DNA of 64,000 bases. It comes from an uncultured delta proteobacterium. GTDB taxonomy: Bacteria; Desulfobacterota; RBG-13-43-22. Both the position numbers and the translations under genes were made by a program. The notes below the pieces were generated by a model. That model was not told the origin of the DNA, made no database searches, and worked only from the letters and a program-made list of their open reading frames with translations. Shown here piece after piece: positions 19,383 to 29,736 of the stretch. Within the stretch, counting starts at the first letter, position 1; every line of letters starts with the position of its first letter. Location: NCBI GenBank assembly GCA_963843145.1, contig CAWJJC010000006.1, positions 1 to 64,000 on the forward strand, read 5' to 3'.

Positions 19383-21089
19383 TTAACTCTTGTTAGTCCT
19401 TTCCAACACCTCCACGATTCCTATGTTTCCATCGATCCTGATTAAATCTCCATCGTTGATCGATCGGGTGGCATTCCAAGTCCCGACAACAGCCGGAATG
19501 TTATATTCCCGGGCGGCAATAGCCGCATGGGTTAACATGCCTCCGGTATCGGTGACCACACCGGCAATTTTAATAAAAAGAGGGGTCCAGGCCGTACCAG
19601 TGTAGGGACAAACGAGAATTTCTCCAGCCTTTACTTTTTGGAAATCCTTATAGTCAATGACTACCCGGGCCCGTCCTTCGGCGATGCCGGAAGCCCCGGG
19701 GAAACCTTCCAATCGTTCTTCAATTTCCCTTTCCCCCCTGGGATGGAGGATATCATCGATGATGCCGAACACTTTGATGCCAATCGGATCGGTCATTTTT
19801 TCAGGAACATTGCCGATGGTCAAGGGTGCGTCCGAATCAACAGCTATCCGAGTGTCTTCCTTTCTCTCCCGCACCAGATTAGGGATCAAGGCGCTGTAAT
19901 GATATTTGGCTATTTCCTCATTATAGACTAGGGCCTCCATCACTTCGACCAATTCATAGTAGGTCAAATAACAAACGTCCTCAATTTGTTCGATGAGCTT
20001 CCTGCGAAAAAGTCTCTTGCCACAGGCAATAATGGCATTATGCAAAGCCGCCGTAGATCCCTGGTCGATATAAAATCCGTGGTCTTCCTGGAAGGAATAA
20101 ACCCCTTGAGCAGCCTTCAATAATCGTCGGAATTGTCGTCTTTCTTCCTCCTCTTTCAACCCTTGTTCAAAGGTTATAATCGCCTTATCCCTTTGATCAT
20201 AAATTCCCTGTTTGGAAGCATAAAAATCCCATCCTGCTTCCATGCGCGGGTAATAGCCTTTTATCGTGTCCAGCACAGGAACCGGATCTTCTTTCCAGGT
20301 GGGTGTAGTTACATCCAAATGGGCGGCCACCACACGATTGCCAAAGATGGATAGAAAGCGCTGAAATTTTTCCAACCAGGGTTTGGCTTCCACGGTTTTA
20401 TTTAATTGTTCCATTAAATCCTCCGCCTTGGTCTTAAGCAGGAGGTCCTTAATCCCACACTCTTCAGCAAAATGAGCTAAGCTCCAGAGTTCTTCGTCGG
20501 TTTGGGTGGCAATACTTTCAAATCCTCTCAACATGATGACAAAATCCTTTTCTGCCAGATCATGTTTTTTACAGAATTCTTCAAAGCCGAAGTAGACGGC
20601 ATCGGCCGGATACATGAGGATGAAGTGAATTTCCCAATTTCTTCTATTCAATTTTTCAGCTCTTTTTAAATGATCCAAAAGATGCGGCAAGATCAGTTTG
20701 TCCGTATCCACACCATTCAGGGTATCCAGATTGGAGATGACTTCTTTGATATGCTTTTGATAGTATTCATCCCAGTGATCAATACAATAATCGACCAGAG
20801 TCCCGAAAGCCGGTTCTCTTTGGGCTATCTCTTTTGGATCATCGATCAGTGCAAAACCCAGGTACACTTTACCCTTATAGATCTTGACATGTCCCCCTTT
20901 GGAAGGCGGCAACTGCGTGGTGGCCGCAGCCACATGGTAACCCCAGGCATGGTGGACTTGAATAGTAGTCATACCCATGGGGGATATGGCATAGGGTTGA
21001 TGCAAATCATCACGAAACCAGAAGATGGACTTGTCGAAATCGGTGTTGGGTCTCAAGGTCCTTAAAGATGAAATACTTCGGTCTAACAT
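19383..21089 (-). CDS. Second phenylphosphate synthase alpha-like subunit (His swivel domain)
   Basis: FWFRDDLHQP, WEIHF, EDHGFYID, GIAEGRARV, WTPLF, DTGGMLTHAAIAAREYNIPAVVGT. Confidence 0.85.
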   Translation of the reverse strand: MLDRSISSLRTLRPNTDFDKSIFWFRDDLHQPYAISPMGMTTIQVHHAWGYHVAAATTQLPPSKGGHVKIYKGKVYLGFALIDDPKEIAQREPAFGTLVDYCIDHWDEYYQKHIKEVISNLDTLNGVDTDKLILPHLLDHLKRAEKLNRRNWEIHFILMYPADAVYFGFEEFCKKHDLAEKDFVIMLRGFESIATQTDEELWSLAHFAEECGIKDLLLKTKAEDLMEQLNKTVEAKPWLEKFQRFLSIFGNRVVAAHLDVTTPTWKEDPVPVLDTIKGYYPRMEAGWDFYASKQGIYDQRDKAIITFEQGLKEEEERRQFRRLLKAAQGVYSFQEDHGFYIDQGSTAALHNAIIACGKRLFRRKLIEQIEDVCYLTYYELVEVMEALVYNEEIAKYHYSALIPNLVRERKEDTRIAVDSDAPLTIGNVPEKMTDPIGIKVFGIIDDILHPRGEREIEERLEGFPGASGIAEGRARVVIDYKDFQKVKAGEILVCPYTGTAWTPLFIKIAGVVTDTGGMLTHAAIAAREYNIPAVVGTWNATRSINDGDLIRIDGNIGIVEVLERTNKS

Positions 21090-21161
21090 GGTTCTTACCT
21101 CCCTTTCTCCCCTTTATTGGCAATTGCCCTGGCCAATTCTTCGCACCGGGAAAGCCCTCGG

Positions 21162-22100
21162 TTATTTTCTCCGTAACGGAAACAATTCAAAACGAAGTTT
21201 TTTCATGAAAGTTCCGATTATCCCTTCGGGTGCTGAGAGGATGACCGTGATGGTGATCGCGCCCAAAATAATCATATTGTAGCCCACATATTCCGAGAGA
21301 AATTGTTGAAGCAGCACGTAAATGACGGCTCCCAGTATGGGACCTTCAATCGTACCAATTCCGCCTATAATCACAATAAACAAAAGTTTTACCGTCCAGC
21401 CGATGCCGAAGGCTTCAAAGGGCTGTATAAAAATAGCATTCAAATATAGAATTCCGGCCGCCATTCCCGAAACAAAGGCGCTGAGTAAGAAACAAGTAAA
21501 TTTGCAAAGGAAGATATTGACCCCCAAGGCCTCGGAAGCCACATCATCATCCCTGATAGCCATCAGTCCCAGCCCCAATTTGGTCCGGAGCAAGAGGTAA
21601 ATAAGAGAGACGGCGCCGATAGCCATGATCAAGGCGGCATAATAAACAGCAGACATGGAAAGTTTGTAGGCCGGTTGGATAAACATGCCCATTCCATAGC
21701 GGACGTACCCCCAATTGCTGAAGCAGATACCCAACGCCTCGGCGATGACCCATGTTCCTATGGCAAAATAAACCCCTTTCATCCTGAAAATGGGCAAAGA
21801 AATAAAAAGGGCCAAGACAGCAGAAATAAATCCCCCTAAAAATACACTTATAAAAATAGGAACCCCATAAAAAACCGATAATACGGCTAAGGTGTACCCG
21901 CCGACTCCGACAAACATTTGTTGTCCCAGGGAAATCATTCCCGAATAGCCGGCCAGGAGATTCCACATGGAGGCTAATGTGGCATTAACCAAGATCAACA
22001 ACAAGACATTGACGATATAGCGTGAAGACCAGAGAGGCAAGGTAACCAGCAGGGACAGAAAAACGAACCCTAAAATGATCCGTAAACGGTTCGAGTTCAT
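21162..22100 (-). CDS. LivM-type ABC permease (transporter 1)
   Basis: WNLLAGYSGMISLGQ, GVYFAIGT, LGLGLMAIRDD, IIGGIGTIEGPILGA. Confidence 0.9.
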   Translation of the reverse strand: MNSNRLRIILGFVFLSLLVTLPLWSSRYIVNVLLLILVNATLASMWNLLAGYSGMISLGQQMFVGVGGYTLAVLSVFYGVPIFISVFLGGFISAVLALFISLPIFRMKGVYFAIGTWVIAEALGICFSNWGYVRYGMGMFIQPAYKLSMSAVYYAALIMAIGAVSLIYLLLRTKLGLGLMAIRDDDVASEALGVNIFLCKFTCFLLSAFVSGMAAGILYLNAIFIQPFEAFGIGWTVKLLFIVIIGGIGTIEGPILGAVIYVLLQQFLSEYVGYNMIILGAITITVILSAPEGIIGTFMKKLRFELFPLRRK

Positions 22101-22108
22101 AGTAAAGT

Positions 22109-22972
22109 CTACCGCCTTCCCAATATGCCCTGAGGCCGGATGGTCAGGATGATGAGCAAGATAATATAGCCGCTTAATAATTGGAGGCCCGGTCCAAGCA
22201 CACGCCCCCCGACCAACTGGGAAATCCCCAGGATCACTCCTCCGATAAAAGTCCCGGGAAGACTGCCTAAGCCCCCTATAATCACTACGGCAAAGGCAGT
22301 GATCAAATATTGGGTCCCCGAATGGGGGTAAAAAGTAAAGGTCATACCGACTAATAACCCGGCAACGGCTGCGGTGACGGCCGAAATGCCCATGGCCAGG
22401 GCATAAATCCTTTTTGGATTAACCCCCATTAATTTGGCCGCCGTTAAATTGTCAGAGGCGGCCCGAATAGCCCGTCCCAGATAAGTGCGGGTCATAAACA
22501 GATACAGGAGAAGGAGGACCAATAAACCCAAACTAAAATCCACCAGGTAAATGACCGGTATGTAAAAGAGGTCGAAGACGTTGAAACTTTTAATGGCTAA
22601 ATCCGTTCTCAAAGAACGGGCGTCTGGGCTGAAAACAAGCAACAAGGCATTTTGAAGGATAATGGAGAGACCAAAGGAAATCATTAAAAATGGTTCCATT
22701 CCTTTTTGGATCACCCGGTTAAATAAAAGAGACTGTATCAAATAACCAAAAATAAACATGGCCGGAAGAATGAAGACAAGCGTCCAGATGGGGGAACCGG
22801 TCAAAATCTTCAGAGAAAGGAGGCTGAAATAACTGGAAAGGATCATCAATTCTCCATGAGCCAGATTCACCTGTCGCATAATTCCGAAAATCAAAGAAAG
22901 TCCTATGCCGATCACCGCATACAGCCCTCCCAGCAAAATCCCGTTTATTATAGGCTCAAATAAGGCCGTCAT
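22109..22972 (-). CDS. LivH-type ABC permease (transporter 1)
   Basis: NGILLGGLYAVIGIGLSLIFG, NLAHGE, LGRAIRAAS, RPQGILG. Likely ATG at 22972. Confidence 0.9.
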   Translation of the reverse strand: MTALFEPIINGILLGGLYAVIGIGLSLIFGIMRQVNLAHGELMILSSYFSLLSLKILTGSPIWTLVFILPAMFIFGYLIQSLLFNRVIQKGMEPFLMISFGLSIILQNALLLVFSPDARSLRTDLAIKSFNVFDLFYIPVIYLVDFSLGLLVLLLLYLFMTRTYLGRAIRAASDNLTAAKLMGVNPKRIYALAMGISAVTAAVAGLLVGMTFTFYPHSGTQYLITAFAVVIIGGLGSLPGTFIGGVILGISQLVGGRVLGPGLQLLSGYIILLIILTIRPQGILGRR

Positions 22973-23097
22973 GCGCAACAATCCCTTTCTGAATTTTGTG
23001 ATGTGAGCGCTATGTTTGAGGAGCACTGCGTTTGAAGGAAGAGGCACCTGCCTTTGGCCTCAAGTTTATCTCAGACGAACGCGCCTCAAACACTTGG

Positions 23098-23814
23098 TTA
23101 GGCTTTAAGGCCGAAATAGGCCCTCTTCACCTCTTCCTCCGACAATTCCGCTGGAACTCCCTCCAGAGCAATTTTCCCCTCCTGAAGGATATAAGCATAG
23201 TTGGCCACCTTGAGGCTTCTTTTAATATCCTGCTCCACCATAACAACGGTCATCCCTTCTCGGTTGATCTCTTGCACAGTCCTGAAAAGGACTTTAACCA
23301 CAATCGGACTTAATCCTAATGAGATCTCATCAAAAAGAATTAACCGAGGTTGGGACATCAAGGCCCGGCCGATGGCCAACATTTGTTGCTCTCCGCCGCT
23401 CAGATCGGTTCCCATCTGAGTACATCGTTCTTTTAATCTCGGAAAGAGGGAAAAAATCTTGTCCAGGGTTATCTTTCGAGCTTTCCGTGCTCGGCGGGGG
23501 AAAGAACCCATGAGCAAATTTTCCTGAACCGTTAAATTTGAAAATATCTTACGGCCTTCCGGTACCAGGGCCAGTCCCGATTCCAAAATGTGATGGGTTT
23601 CCAAAAGATCTATCCGGATTCCATCAAAATGAATGCTCCCCTCTCTGCCTTTTAAAAGACCGGCCATGGTTTTCAGCAAAGTGGATTTGCCAGCCCCGTT
23701 GGCCCCTAAGATGGAGACAATTTGGCCTTTTTCAACCTTCAGGGAAATGGAGTTCAGGGCTTTAAATTCCCCATAGAAGACCTCCAAATTCTTAATTTCA
23801 AGGGAGGAATTCAT
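23098..23814 (-). CDS. LivF-type ABC ATPase (transporter 1)
   Basis: [29 protein letters not shown] at 23814 overlaps the livG stop. Confidence 0.9.
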   Translation of the reverse strand: MNSSLEIKNLEVFYGEFKALNSISLKVEKGQIVSILGANGAGKSTLLKTMAGLLKGREGSIHFDGIRIDLLETHHILESGLALVPEGRKIFSNLTVQENLLMGSFPRRARKARKITLDKIFSLFPRLKERCTQMGTDLSGGEQQMLAIGRALMSQPRLILFDEISLGLSPIVVKVLFRTVQEINREGMTVVMVEQDIKRSLKVANYAYILQEGKIALEGVPAELSEEEVKRAYFGLKA

Positions 23815-24542
23815 AACTCTTCGGTCCCTAAATAAATATCCTGAACCTTCTTGGATTGAAAAGCCTCCTGAGGGGTTCCACAGAATACTTTTTCTCCAAA
23901 ATTTAAAACCAGCAGACGATCCGGACCTTTTTGCATGGCCATCATAATGTGTTCCACCCAAATGACGGTCATGCCTTTATTACGCAAGGCATGGATGATC
24001 TCCAAGACTTTTTCCACTTCCGATTCACCCAGCCCCCCGGCTATTTCATCGACTAAAATTAAAGAAGGCTTGCTAGCCAAAGCCTTGGCTAATTCAAGAC
24101 GCTTTCGGTCCAGGAGGGGTAAGGACCCAGCCAGGACATTTTTTTTGGCAATAAGGCCAGTTACCTCCAGAATGTCTTCACAGGTCTTTTTGGATTGGGA
24201 GCTGCTCATCCGGGCCCCGTATACGGCACCAACCAATAAATTTTCCAGGATACTCATAGTGAGGAAAGGACGGGGGATTTGATAGGTACGGGCAATGCCC
24301 AGACGACATTTCTTGTAAGCAGGGGTTAAAGTCACATCAACATTATTAAACAAAATCTTTCCCTTGTTGGGTTTGATCTGTCCGGATATTAGATTAAAGA
24401 GTGTGGTCTTTCCGGCCCCGTTAGGTCCAATGATGCCCAGGATTTCGCCGGTGTTGACCTCAAAACTGAGATCAAAAATAGGCATCAATTTACCGAAGGC
24501 CTTACGCAGGTTCTCCACAACAAGCAAGCGATTGTTTTCCAT
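23811..24542 (-). CDS. LivG-type ABC ATPase (transporter 1)
   Basis: GPNGAGKTT, GIARTYQ, LVDE, WVEH. Start could be at 24542 or 24569. Confidence 0.88.
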   Translation of the reverse strand: MENNRLLVVENLRKAFGKLMPIFDLSFEVNTGEILGIIGPNGAGKTTLFNLISGQIKPNKGKILFNNVDVTLTPAYKKCRLGIARTYQIPRPFLTMSILENLLVGAVYGARMSSSQSKKTCEDILEVTGLIAKKNVLAGSLPLLDRKRLELAKALASKPSLILVDEIAGGLGESEVEKVLEIIHALRNKGMTVIWVEHIMMAMQKGPDRLLVLNFGEKVFCGTPQEAFQSKKVQDIYLGTEEL

Positions 24543-24662
24543 CAAGAGAAAAACCTCATTGTCTTGCAAGGGTCTGGTCTGGAGCGGGGTATTACCTCGG
24601 CGCTCAGACTCGAAGCCTATCTTCTTAATCTGGAGGATAGGGGGAAGATCCTGTTTTTTTTA

Positions 24663-24687
24663 GACGGGCCACTTTGGGTGGCCCGTC
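24663..24687 (-). other. Stem-loop just after the binding-protein gene (probable mRNA-stabilising hairpin)
   Basis: GACGGGCCAC-5 nt-GTGGCCCGTC; followed on the coding strand by an A-run, not a U-run. Confidence 0.6.
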
Positions 24688-24697
24688 GCGTAAGGTT

Positions 24698-25987
24698 CTA
24701 TTTGGGGATCGGGAAGAGAAGTTTGCCAGTGGTTGGAATCGTTTTATATTCCTTGTTATAAACGATCTGAAGTTCCCAGGGCCACTTACTTCCCTTAACC
24801 CATTGGCCGCCAACCAAAGGCGTAGATGAATAATTTTTGTCATTAAATTTGATAGGTCCGACCACCGTATCCAGCTTGGTTTGGGCCAGGGCTTCCCGAA
24901 TCTTGGTTTTGTCCAGGGAGCTGGCCCTTTTCAAAGCGTCGGCGGCTATTTCAAAAGCAGCATAGTCAAAGCCCAGGGGCTGAGTCCATTCTCTTTTGGT
25001 GTCTGTGGTCCATTCCTGAGCCAGAGCCTTACAGGTTTTTCCGGTCAAAGAAGATTTGAAAGGATGCCAGGGTGTCCACCATACTTCCGTAGTTAGTCCT
25101 TGAGGAAGATTGCCTCCCATGGCTTCCATGGCCGCCGGGAAGAGGCAAGCTTTTCCAATAGTCGCCATTTTGGGGACAAATCCCTGCTGATGGCATTGTC
25201 GCCAAGCCGTTGCCCAATCAGGTGGAATGGGTACTCCGGTTAGAATTTCCACTTTCTCTTTTTTCCAGGTGCTGATAAAGCTGCTGAAGTCCTGCAGGCC
25301 GTAAGGAAAGCGGCCCACATCGATGACCTTGTGACCCATACCCTGGAGCTTTTTGGTAAACTCCCGAGCCCAAACGGTTCCGTCGGGATCATTGGGCCAG
25401 AGACCGCCCACTACCTTGTTGGTTCTCCCAGCATTTTCATTCCACATTCCGGTATAAACGTTAATGATTTGGTCCAGGGACCAGAAATAATGAAAAGTCC
25501 ATTTATAAGGTCCTCCGGTCAACCAGGGTTCAATTGGGGCCACGGAAGAAATGCAAGGGACCTGATATCTCTCACAGATGGCCCCCACGGGGTTGACCGT
25601 ATCCGGGGTGTGCAAGACGATCATTAAATCGACTTTGTCCTGAAGAATCAATTTGGTAGCCACCTCGGCCGCCTTGGTTGGATTGCTTTCGGTATCCATA
25701 GGCTTGACTTTAATCGGGAGTTTTTTATTTAACTCTTTAATAAAAATGCCTCCGCCCTTGTTAATTTCTTCCACGAGTTTCTTGTCGGCCCAAGCGGACG
25801 TTTCCCCAAAGGCGGCAATAGGACCGGTGGCCGGAGTCGGATGGCCGATTAAAATGTGGTCTCTTGCCTCAGCCTTCGCGGTTAATGGCACTAAAGAACC
25901 CCCAGCAACTACCAGACCGGCAGCGCCTACTGTTTTTAAAAAGTCTCTCCGTGAAACCCCATTTTCCCAGATTTCTTTGTGGCTCAT
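24698..25987 (-). CDS. LIV-type ABC substrate-binding protein with twin-arginine (Tat) signal (transporter 1)
   Basis: SRRDFLK followed by a hydrophobic stretch and AKA/AEA; EINKGGG, DTESNP. ATG at 25987 follows AGGGGAGGG. Confidence 0.88.
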   Translation of the reverse strand: MSHKEIWENGVSRRDFLKTVGAAGLVVAGGSLVPLTAKAEARDHILIGHPTPATGPIAAFGETSAWADKKLVEEINKGGGIFIKELNKKLPIKVKPMDTESNPTKAAEVATKLILQDKVDLMIVLHTPDTVNPVGAICERYQVPCISSVAPIEPWLTGGPYKWTFHYFWSLDQIINVYTGMWNENAGRTNKVVGGLWPNDPDGTVWAREFTKKLQGMGHKVIDVGRFPYGLQDFSSFISTWKKEKVEILTGVPIPPDWATAWRQCHQQGFVPKMATIGKACLFPAAMEAMGGNLPQGLTTEVWWTPWHPFKSSLTGKTCKALAQEWTTDTKREWTQPLGFDYAAFEIAADALKRASSLDKTKIREALAQTKLDTVVGPIKFNDKNYSSTPLVGGQWVKGSKWPWELQIVYNKEYKTIPTTGKLLFPIPK

Positions 25988-26082
25988 AATGCCCTCCCCT
26001 TTTATTTTAATTGTTAACTGCTCAACCATCTAATTATTTTTTTCTCAAAAACGTCGACCAAATGGCCAATTGCCCGGCAGTT

Positions 26083-27207
26083 CTATTTAAGTAAAAATCG
26101 AGAAATTAAAAGCTTCTGAATTTCCTCAGTCCCCTCCTCAAAATGGAAAGAACGGACGTCCCGGAAATGCCTTTCCATGGGATAGGCCTTGGTATAGCCG
26201 ATCCCCCCGTGGATACGTAAAGCCATTTCAGACACGCGGGTGGCCACCTGCTCGGCGAACAGTTTGGCCATGGCCGCCTCTTTAACGATATCCTGGCCGG
26301 CATCAAACTTCCAGGCTGCTTCGTAAGCTAACAGGCGGGCGGCCTGAATCTCGGTTCCCATCTGGGCAATATTATTCTGAATGGCCTGGCGCTGGGCAAT
26401 CCGTTTCCCGAAGGTGGTTCTTTTTTTGGCGTAATCAATCGCCAAGTCGAGCATCCGTTGGGCCAAACCGACGCAACAAAAGGCGATCGACACCCGGCTC
26501 AGATGAAGCATTCCAAAGGCTACGTCCAAACCTTTTCCCTTCTTCCCGAGGACCTGGGATAAGGGCACCCGACAATTCTGATAAAAAACATTGTAATGGC
26601 GTGGTCCCACACATCCCATCATCTTGGGCATGGGTTTGAGGGTCAACCCTTCAGAGGGAACATCGACCAAAAAAGAGGTAACACCTTCTTCCGTAGCTGC
26701 AAAGGCGTAAATCAATTTGGTATATCCGGGGAAAAGGGTGATGAGCCATTTGTGGCCATTTAAAAGGTAATGATCTCCATCCCGGACCGCTTTGGAATTG
26801 ATATCCTTTCCGGTTCCGGCTTCGGGCTCGGTCAGGCTATTAGCGGCCCAAATTTCTCCTGTCGCCAATTTGGGCAGATAGTTATTCTTTTGTTCCTCAG
26901 TGCCGAAATAAAGAAGGGGGCGCCAAAAGAGCCCGTTCATGGTGTGGGCAACCAAGCGGATGGTGGCATAGGCTTTGGAGAGTTCTTCCAAAACAGTGAA
27001 CCATTCCACGGCCGTCCATCCCTGGCCTCCATATTCCCTGGGGATGGTCAGACCGAAAAACCTCCCTTTTCTTAAGGCTTCGACTAATTCTTCTGGAATC
27101 CGTTCCTCTTCTTCTAAAGGTCCCGACAAGGGATCTAAAACCTTTTCTACCCATTCCCTAGCTTCTTGTTTGTATAGTAAAATTTGGTCCGATAAACTGA
27201 AATCCAT
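26083..27207 (-). CDS. Acyl-CoA dehydrogenase
   Basis: IPREYGG, LTEPEAG, LNGHKWLIT, RTTFGKRI, AMAKLFA, IHGGIGY, EEGTEEIQK. Confidence 0.95.
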   Translation of the reverse strand: MDFSLSDQILLYKQEAREWVEKVLDPLSGPLEEEERIPEELVEALRKGRFFGLTIPREYGGQGWTAVEWFTVLEELSKAYATIRLVAHTMNGLFWRPLLYFGTEEQKNNYLPKLATGEIWAANSLTEPEAGTGKDINSKAVRDGDHYLLNGHKWLITLFPGYTKLIYAFAATEEGVTSFLVDVPSEGLTLKPMPKMMGCVGPRHYNVFYQNCRVPLSQVLGKKGKGLDVAFGMLHLSRVSIAFCCVGLAQRMLDLAIDYAKKRTTFGKRIAQRQAIQNNIAQMGTEIQAARLLAYEAAWKFDAGQDIVKEAAMAKLFAEQVATRVSEMALRIHGGIGYTKAYPMERHFRDVRSFHFEEGTEEIQKLLISRFLLK

Positions 27208-27227
27208 TTTATTACCTCCTTGCTGGA

Positions 27228-27989
27228 TTACCCGATCATGGTCAAACCACCATCGACACTCAGTACCTGTCCGGTCACGTATCTGGAATCATCGCTTACA
27301 AAAAAGGCCACCACATCGGCCACATCTTCCGGCTCTCCAAGGCGTTTCAAAGGGATCATTTTGGCCACGGCCTCCATGATTTTCTTTCCTTTTTCCCCCT
27401 CATGAAGCCCTGCTAAGAGGTCCGTCTGGACCGGGCCTGGGCTCACACAATTGACTCGAATGTTAAATCGGGCCAATTCCCTGGCCAAGGCCTTGGAACT
27501 GGCCATAATCGCAGCCTTGGTGCCGCAATAAAGGACTTCCCCGGAATTTCCAATCCTTCCGGCATCTGAGCCGAGACTGACGATATTACCGCTATTTTGT
27601 TGAATCATATATGGCAGACAGACATGGGTAGTGTTTAAGAAGCTTCGGTAATTGACGTCAATCATTTTATCCCAAAGGACCGTCGCGGTATCCACAAAAA
27701 ACTTAGAGACATCCATGCCGGCATTATTAATGAGAATATCAATAGACCCGAATTGCTGATGGATCCTGGCTACCGCTTCTTTGACCTTCTCATAGTCGGT
27801 CACATCGCAATCCAGGGCCAAAGCTCCAACACCTAGGCCGGTTAGCTCCTCTGCTGTCTTCTGAGCCACCTCTTTTTGAATATCCATTAACCCGATAGAG
27901 GAACCTTCACGGGCCAGACGCAAGGCGATGGCCCGACCGATCCCCCTGGCCCCCCCGGTGACAACGGTTGTTTTTCCTGTTAATTTCAT
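27228..27989 (-). CDS. SDR resembling 2-hydroxycyclohexanecarboxyl-CoA dehydrogenase (BadH-like)
   Basis: TGGARGIG, NNAGMD, SDAGRIGNSGE, YCGTK, GQVLSVDGGLTMIG; these match motifs I recall from R. palustris BadH. Confidence 0.75.
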   Translation of the reverse strand: MKLTGKTTVVTGGARGIGRAIALRLAREGSSIGLMDIQKEVAQKTAEELTGLGVGALALDCDVTDYEKVKEAVARIHQQFGSIDILINNAGMDVSKFFVDTATVLWDKMIDVNYRSFLNTTHVCLPYMIQQNSGNIVSLGSDAGRIGNSGEVLYCGTKAAIMASSKALARELARFNIRVNCVSPGPVQTDLLAGLHEGEKGKKIMEAVAKMIPLKRLGEPEDVADVVAFFVSDDSRYVTGQVLSVDGGLTMIG

Positions 27990-27999
27990 TTGTTCTCCT

Positions 28000-29667
28000 T
28001 CATCTGGAATTTAATTCATGCCTTAATTTTTCTTCGATGTTCTTTTTCAAGACCTTTTTGTCCGCTTTTCCGGCGGCGGTGAGGGGGATGTACTGAACCA
28101 ATTCTATCCGTGCTGGAAGCTGGGCCCTGGGGGTCCCGACTTTTCCCAGGTGTCGGAGAATTTCTTCGGAAGTAACTTTCGACCCGGCCAGGGGTTTGAT
28201 AAATGCGCACACCTGTTCTCCGAATTCAGGATCAGGCATGCCCACCACTGCTACGTATTCCACTTCGGGATGAGAGGAGATAAGATCTTCCACATCCCTG
28301 GCGGCGATATTTTCTCCCCCGCGAATGATGATGTCTTTTATCCGGCCCGTGATCCGAATGGTCCCCTGCCCGTCAATGACCGCCAGATCACCGGTCCGGA
28401 AAAATCCATTGGCGGAAAAGGCCTTCTGGTTAGCCTGGGGATTTTTAAAATATCCGGTAAATACCCCAGGGCCTTTAGCCGCCAATTCACCTTCAACGCC
28501 AGGAGGGTTCTGGTTTCCGTTCGCATCCAAGGTAATGAACAGATCATAAGGGCAGACGGGCCGTCCTATCGTATTATAGCGGATTTCTTCAGAATCAACG
28601 GGACGGGATTGGGCGCAGGGCCCCTCAACCATTCCAAAGGCATTAATATACCGCGCGCCTATTTTTCTTTCTACGCTTCGGACCAATTCGGGCGGGCTAT
28701 TAGCCGCCCCGACATAAATTTTTCTTAAAGAACTGAGGTCATAGTTTTCAAGACCTTCATAACTAACGATCCGACTGATCAAAGTGGGTACCAGGCCGGT
28801 AGAGGTCACCTTTTCTTCCTGGACCAATCGGCAAAAATCCTGGGGATAGGTCGAATCCATCAGGACTACTTTCGCCCCGTGAAAGAGCGGACCGGTTACG
28901 GAGACCAGCAGGGCCAGATTATGTCCAACGGTCGAAGTGACCAGGCAGGTATCGGTAACATTGATATCCCAGGCCCGGGAGGTGTATTCCACGTTACAAA
29001 TATAATCGTTATGGGTCCGTGGGGCACCCTTAGGAAGACCGGTGGTTCCTCCCGAAGGCAAGATCTGGCAAACACTTCCCGGATCAGGCCGGGCCGCCTC
29101 CAAGGTTCGTTCTATTTCCGAGGAAGATACCTGCCTGGTTACCAGGTCATCAAACCAGAGGTTTCCATCTTCTTTAGCTGGGCCGGAGGGACTCGATAAA
29201 ATAATTTGTCTCAAACACGGGTTTTGACTTTGAACCTGCTCAATGAGGGGGAAGAAATCCAATTTACGATAGCGATCGGGTACGATCCAGCCCCTGGGCT
29301 GGGTGAGTTCGGCCAGATGGGAGACTTCCCTGGCGGTGTGGTTTATGGTCAGCAAAACCATAACCAGTCCGGCTTTTTGTAGGGCGAAATAGGCAATGAT
29401 AAATTCAGGCCAATTGGGGAGTTGGAGAAGGACGCGGTCCCCTGGGTCATATCCCAATTGAAGCAAACTGTAAGCCAGGGCGTCGACCTGGGACCGGAGC
29501 TCCTTATAAGTATACCTTTTTTCCTCTCCTATCAGGGCCTCTTTGGTCGGATAAAGATCGCTGGCTTTGTCGAGCATATCCCCCAGGGTTATGCCTAACC
29601 ACCAGCGTTTTTTTTCATACTCTTCGGCTACTTTTGAATCGTAAGGGGTAAAACCATTCAGATTCAT
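28000..29667 (-). CDS. Aryl-acid adenylation enzyme / CoA ligase (DhbE/EntE- or AliA-like)
   Basis: LQLPNWPEF, SGGTTGLPKGAPRTHNDY, GHNL, FGMVEG, FRTGD, GRIKDIIIRGGENI, GKADKK. Confidence 0.85.
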   Translation of the reverse strand: MNLNGFTPYDSKVAEEYEKKRWWLGITLGDMLDKASDLYPTKEALIGEEKRYTYKELRSQVDALAYSLLQLGYDPGDRVLLQLPNWPEFIIAYFALQKAGLVMVLLTINHTAREVSHLAELTQPRGWIVPDRYRKLDFFPLIEQVQSQNPCLRQIILSSPSGPAKEDGNLWFDDLVTRQVSSSEIERTLEAARPDPGSVCQILPSGGTTGLPKGAPRTHNDYICNVEYTSRAWDINVTDTCLVTSTVGHNLALLVSVTGPLFHGAKVVLMDSTYPQDFCRLVQEEKVTSTGLVPTLISRIVSYEGLENYDLSSLRKIYVGAANSPPELVRSVERKIGARYINAFGMVEGPCAQSRPVDSEEIRYNTIGRPVCPYDLFITLDANGNQNPPGVEGELAAKGPGVFTGYFKNPQANQKAFSANGFFRTGDLAVIDGQGTIRITGRIKDIIIRGGENIAARDVEDLISSHPEVEYVAVVGMPDPEFGEQVCAFIKPLAGSKVTSEEILRHLGKVGTPRAQLPARIELVQYIPLTAAGKADKKVLKKNIEEKLRHELNSR

Positions 29668-29736
29668 ACCAAGGCCTTTATTAAGATAGTTATGTCTACC
29701 TATCTTCTCTCGAAGAATATTTAGGGGCCTACGAAT

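Noticed and set aside
23013-23092. Long imperfect hairpin between livF and livH
   Set aside because: Single copy in the window with short arms (TGTTTGAGG/CCTCAAACA); not enough to call an element or ncRNA.
28000-29667. Siderophore NRPS adenylation enzyme
   Set aside because: No carrier protein, isochorismate genes or NRPS; neighbours are CoA-ester enzymes.
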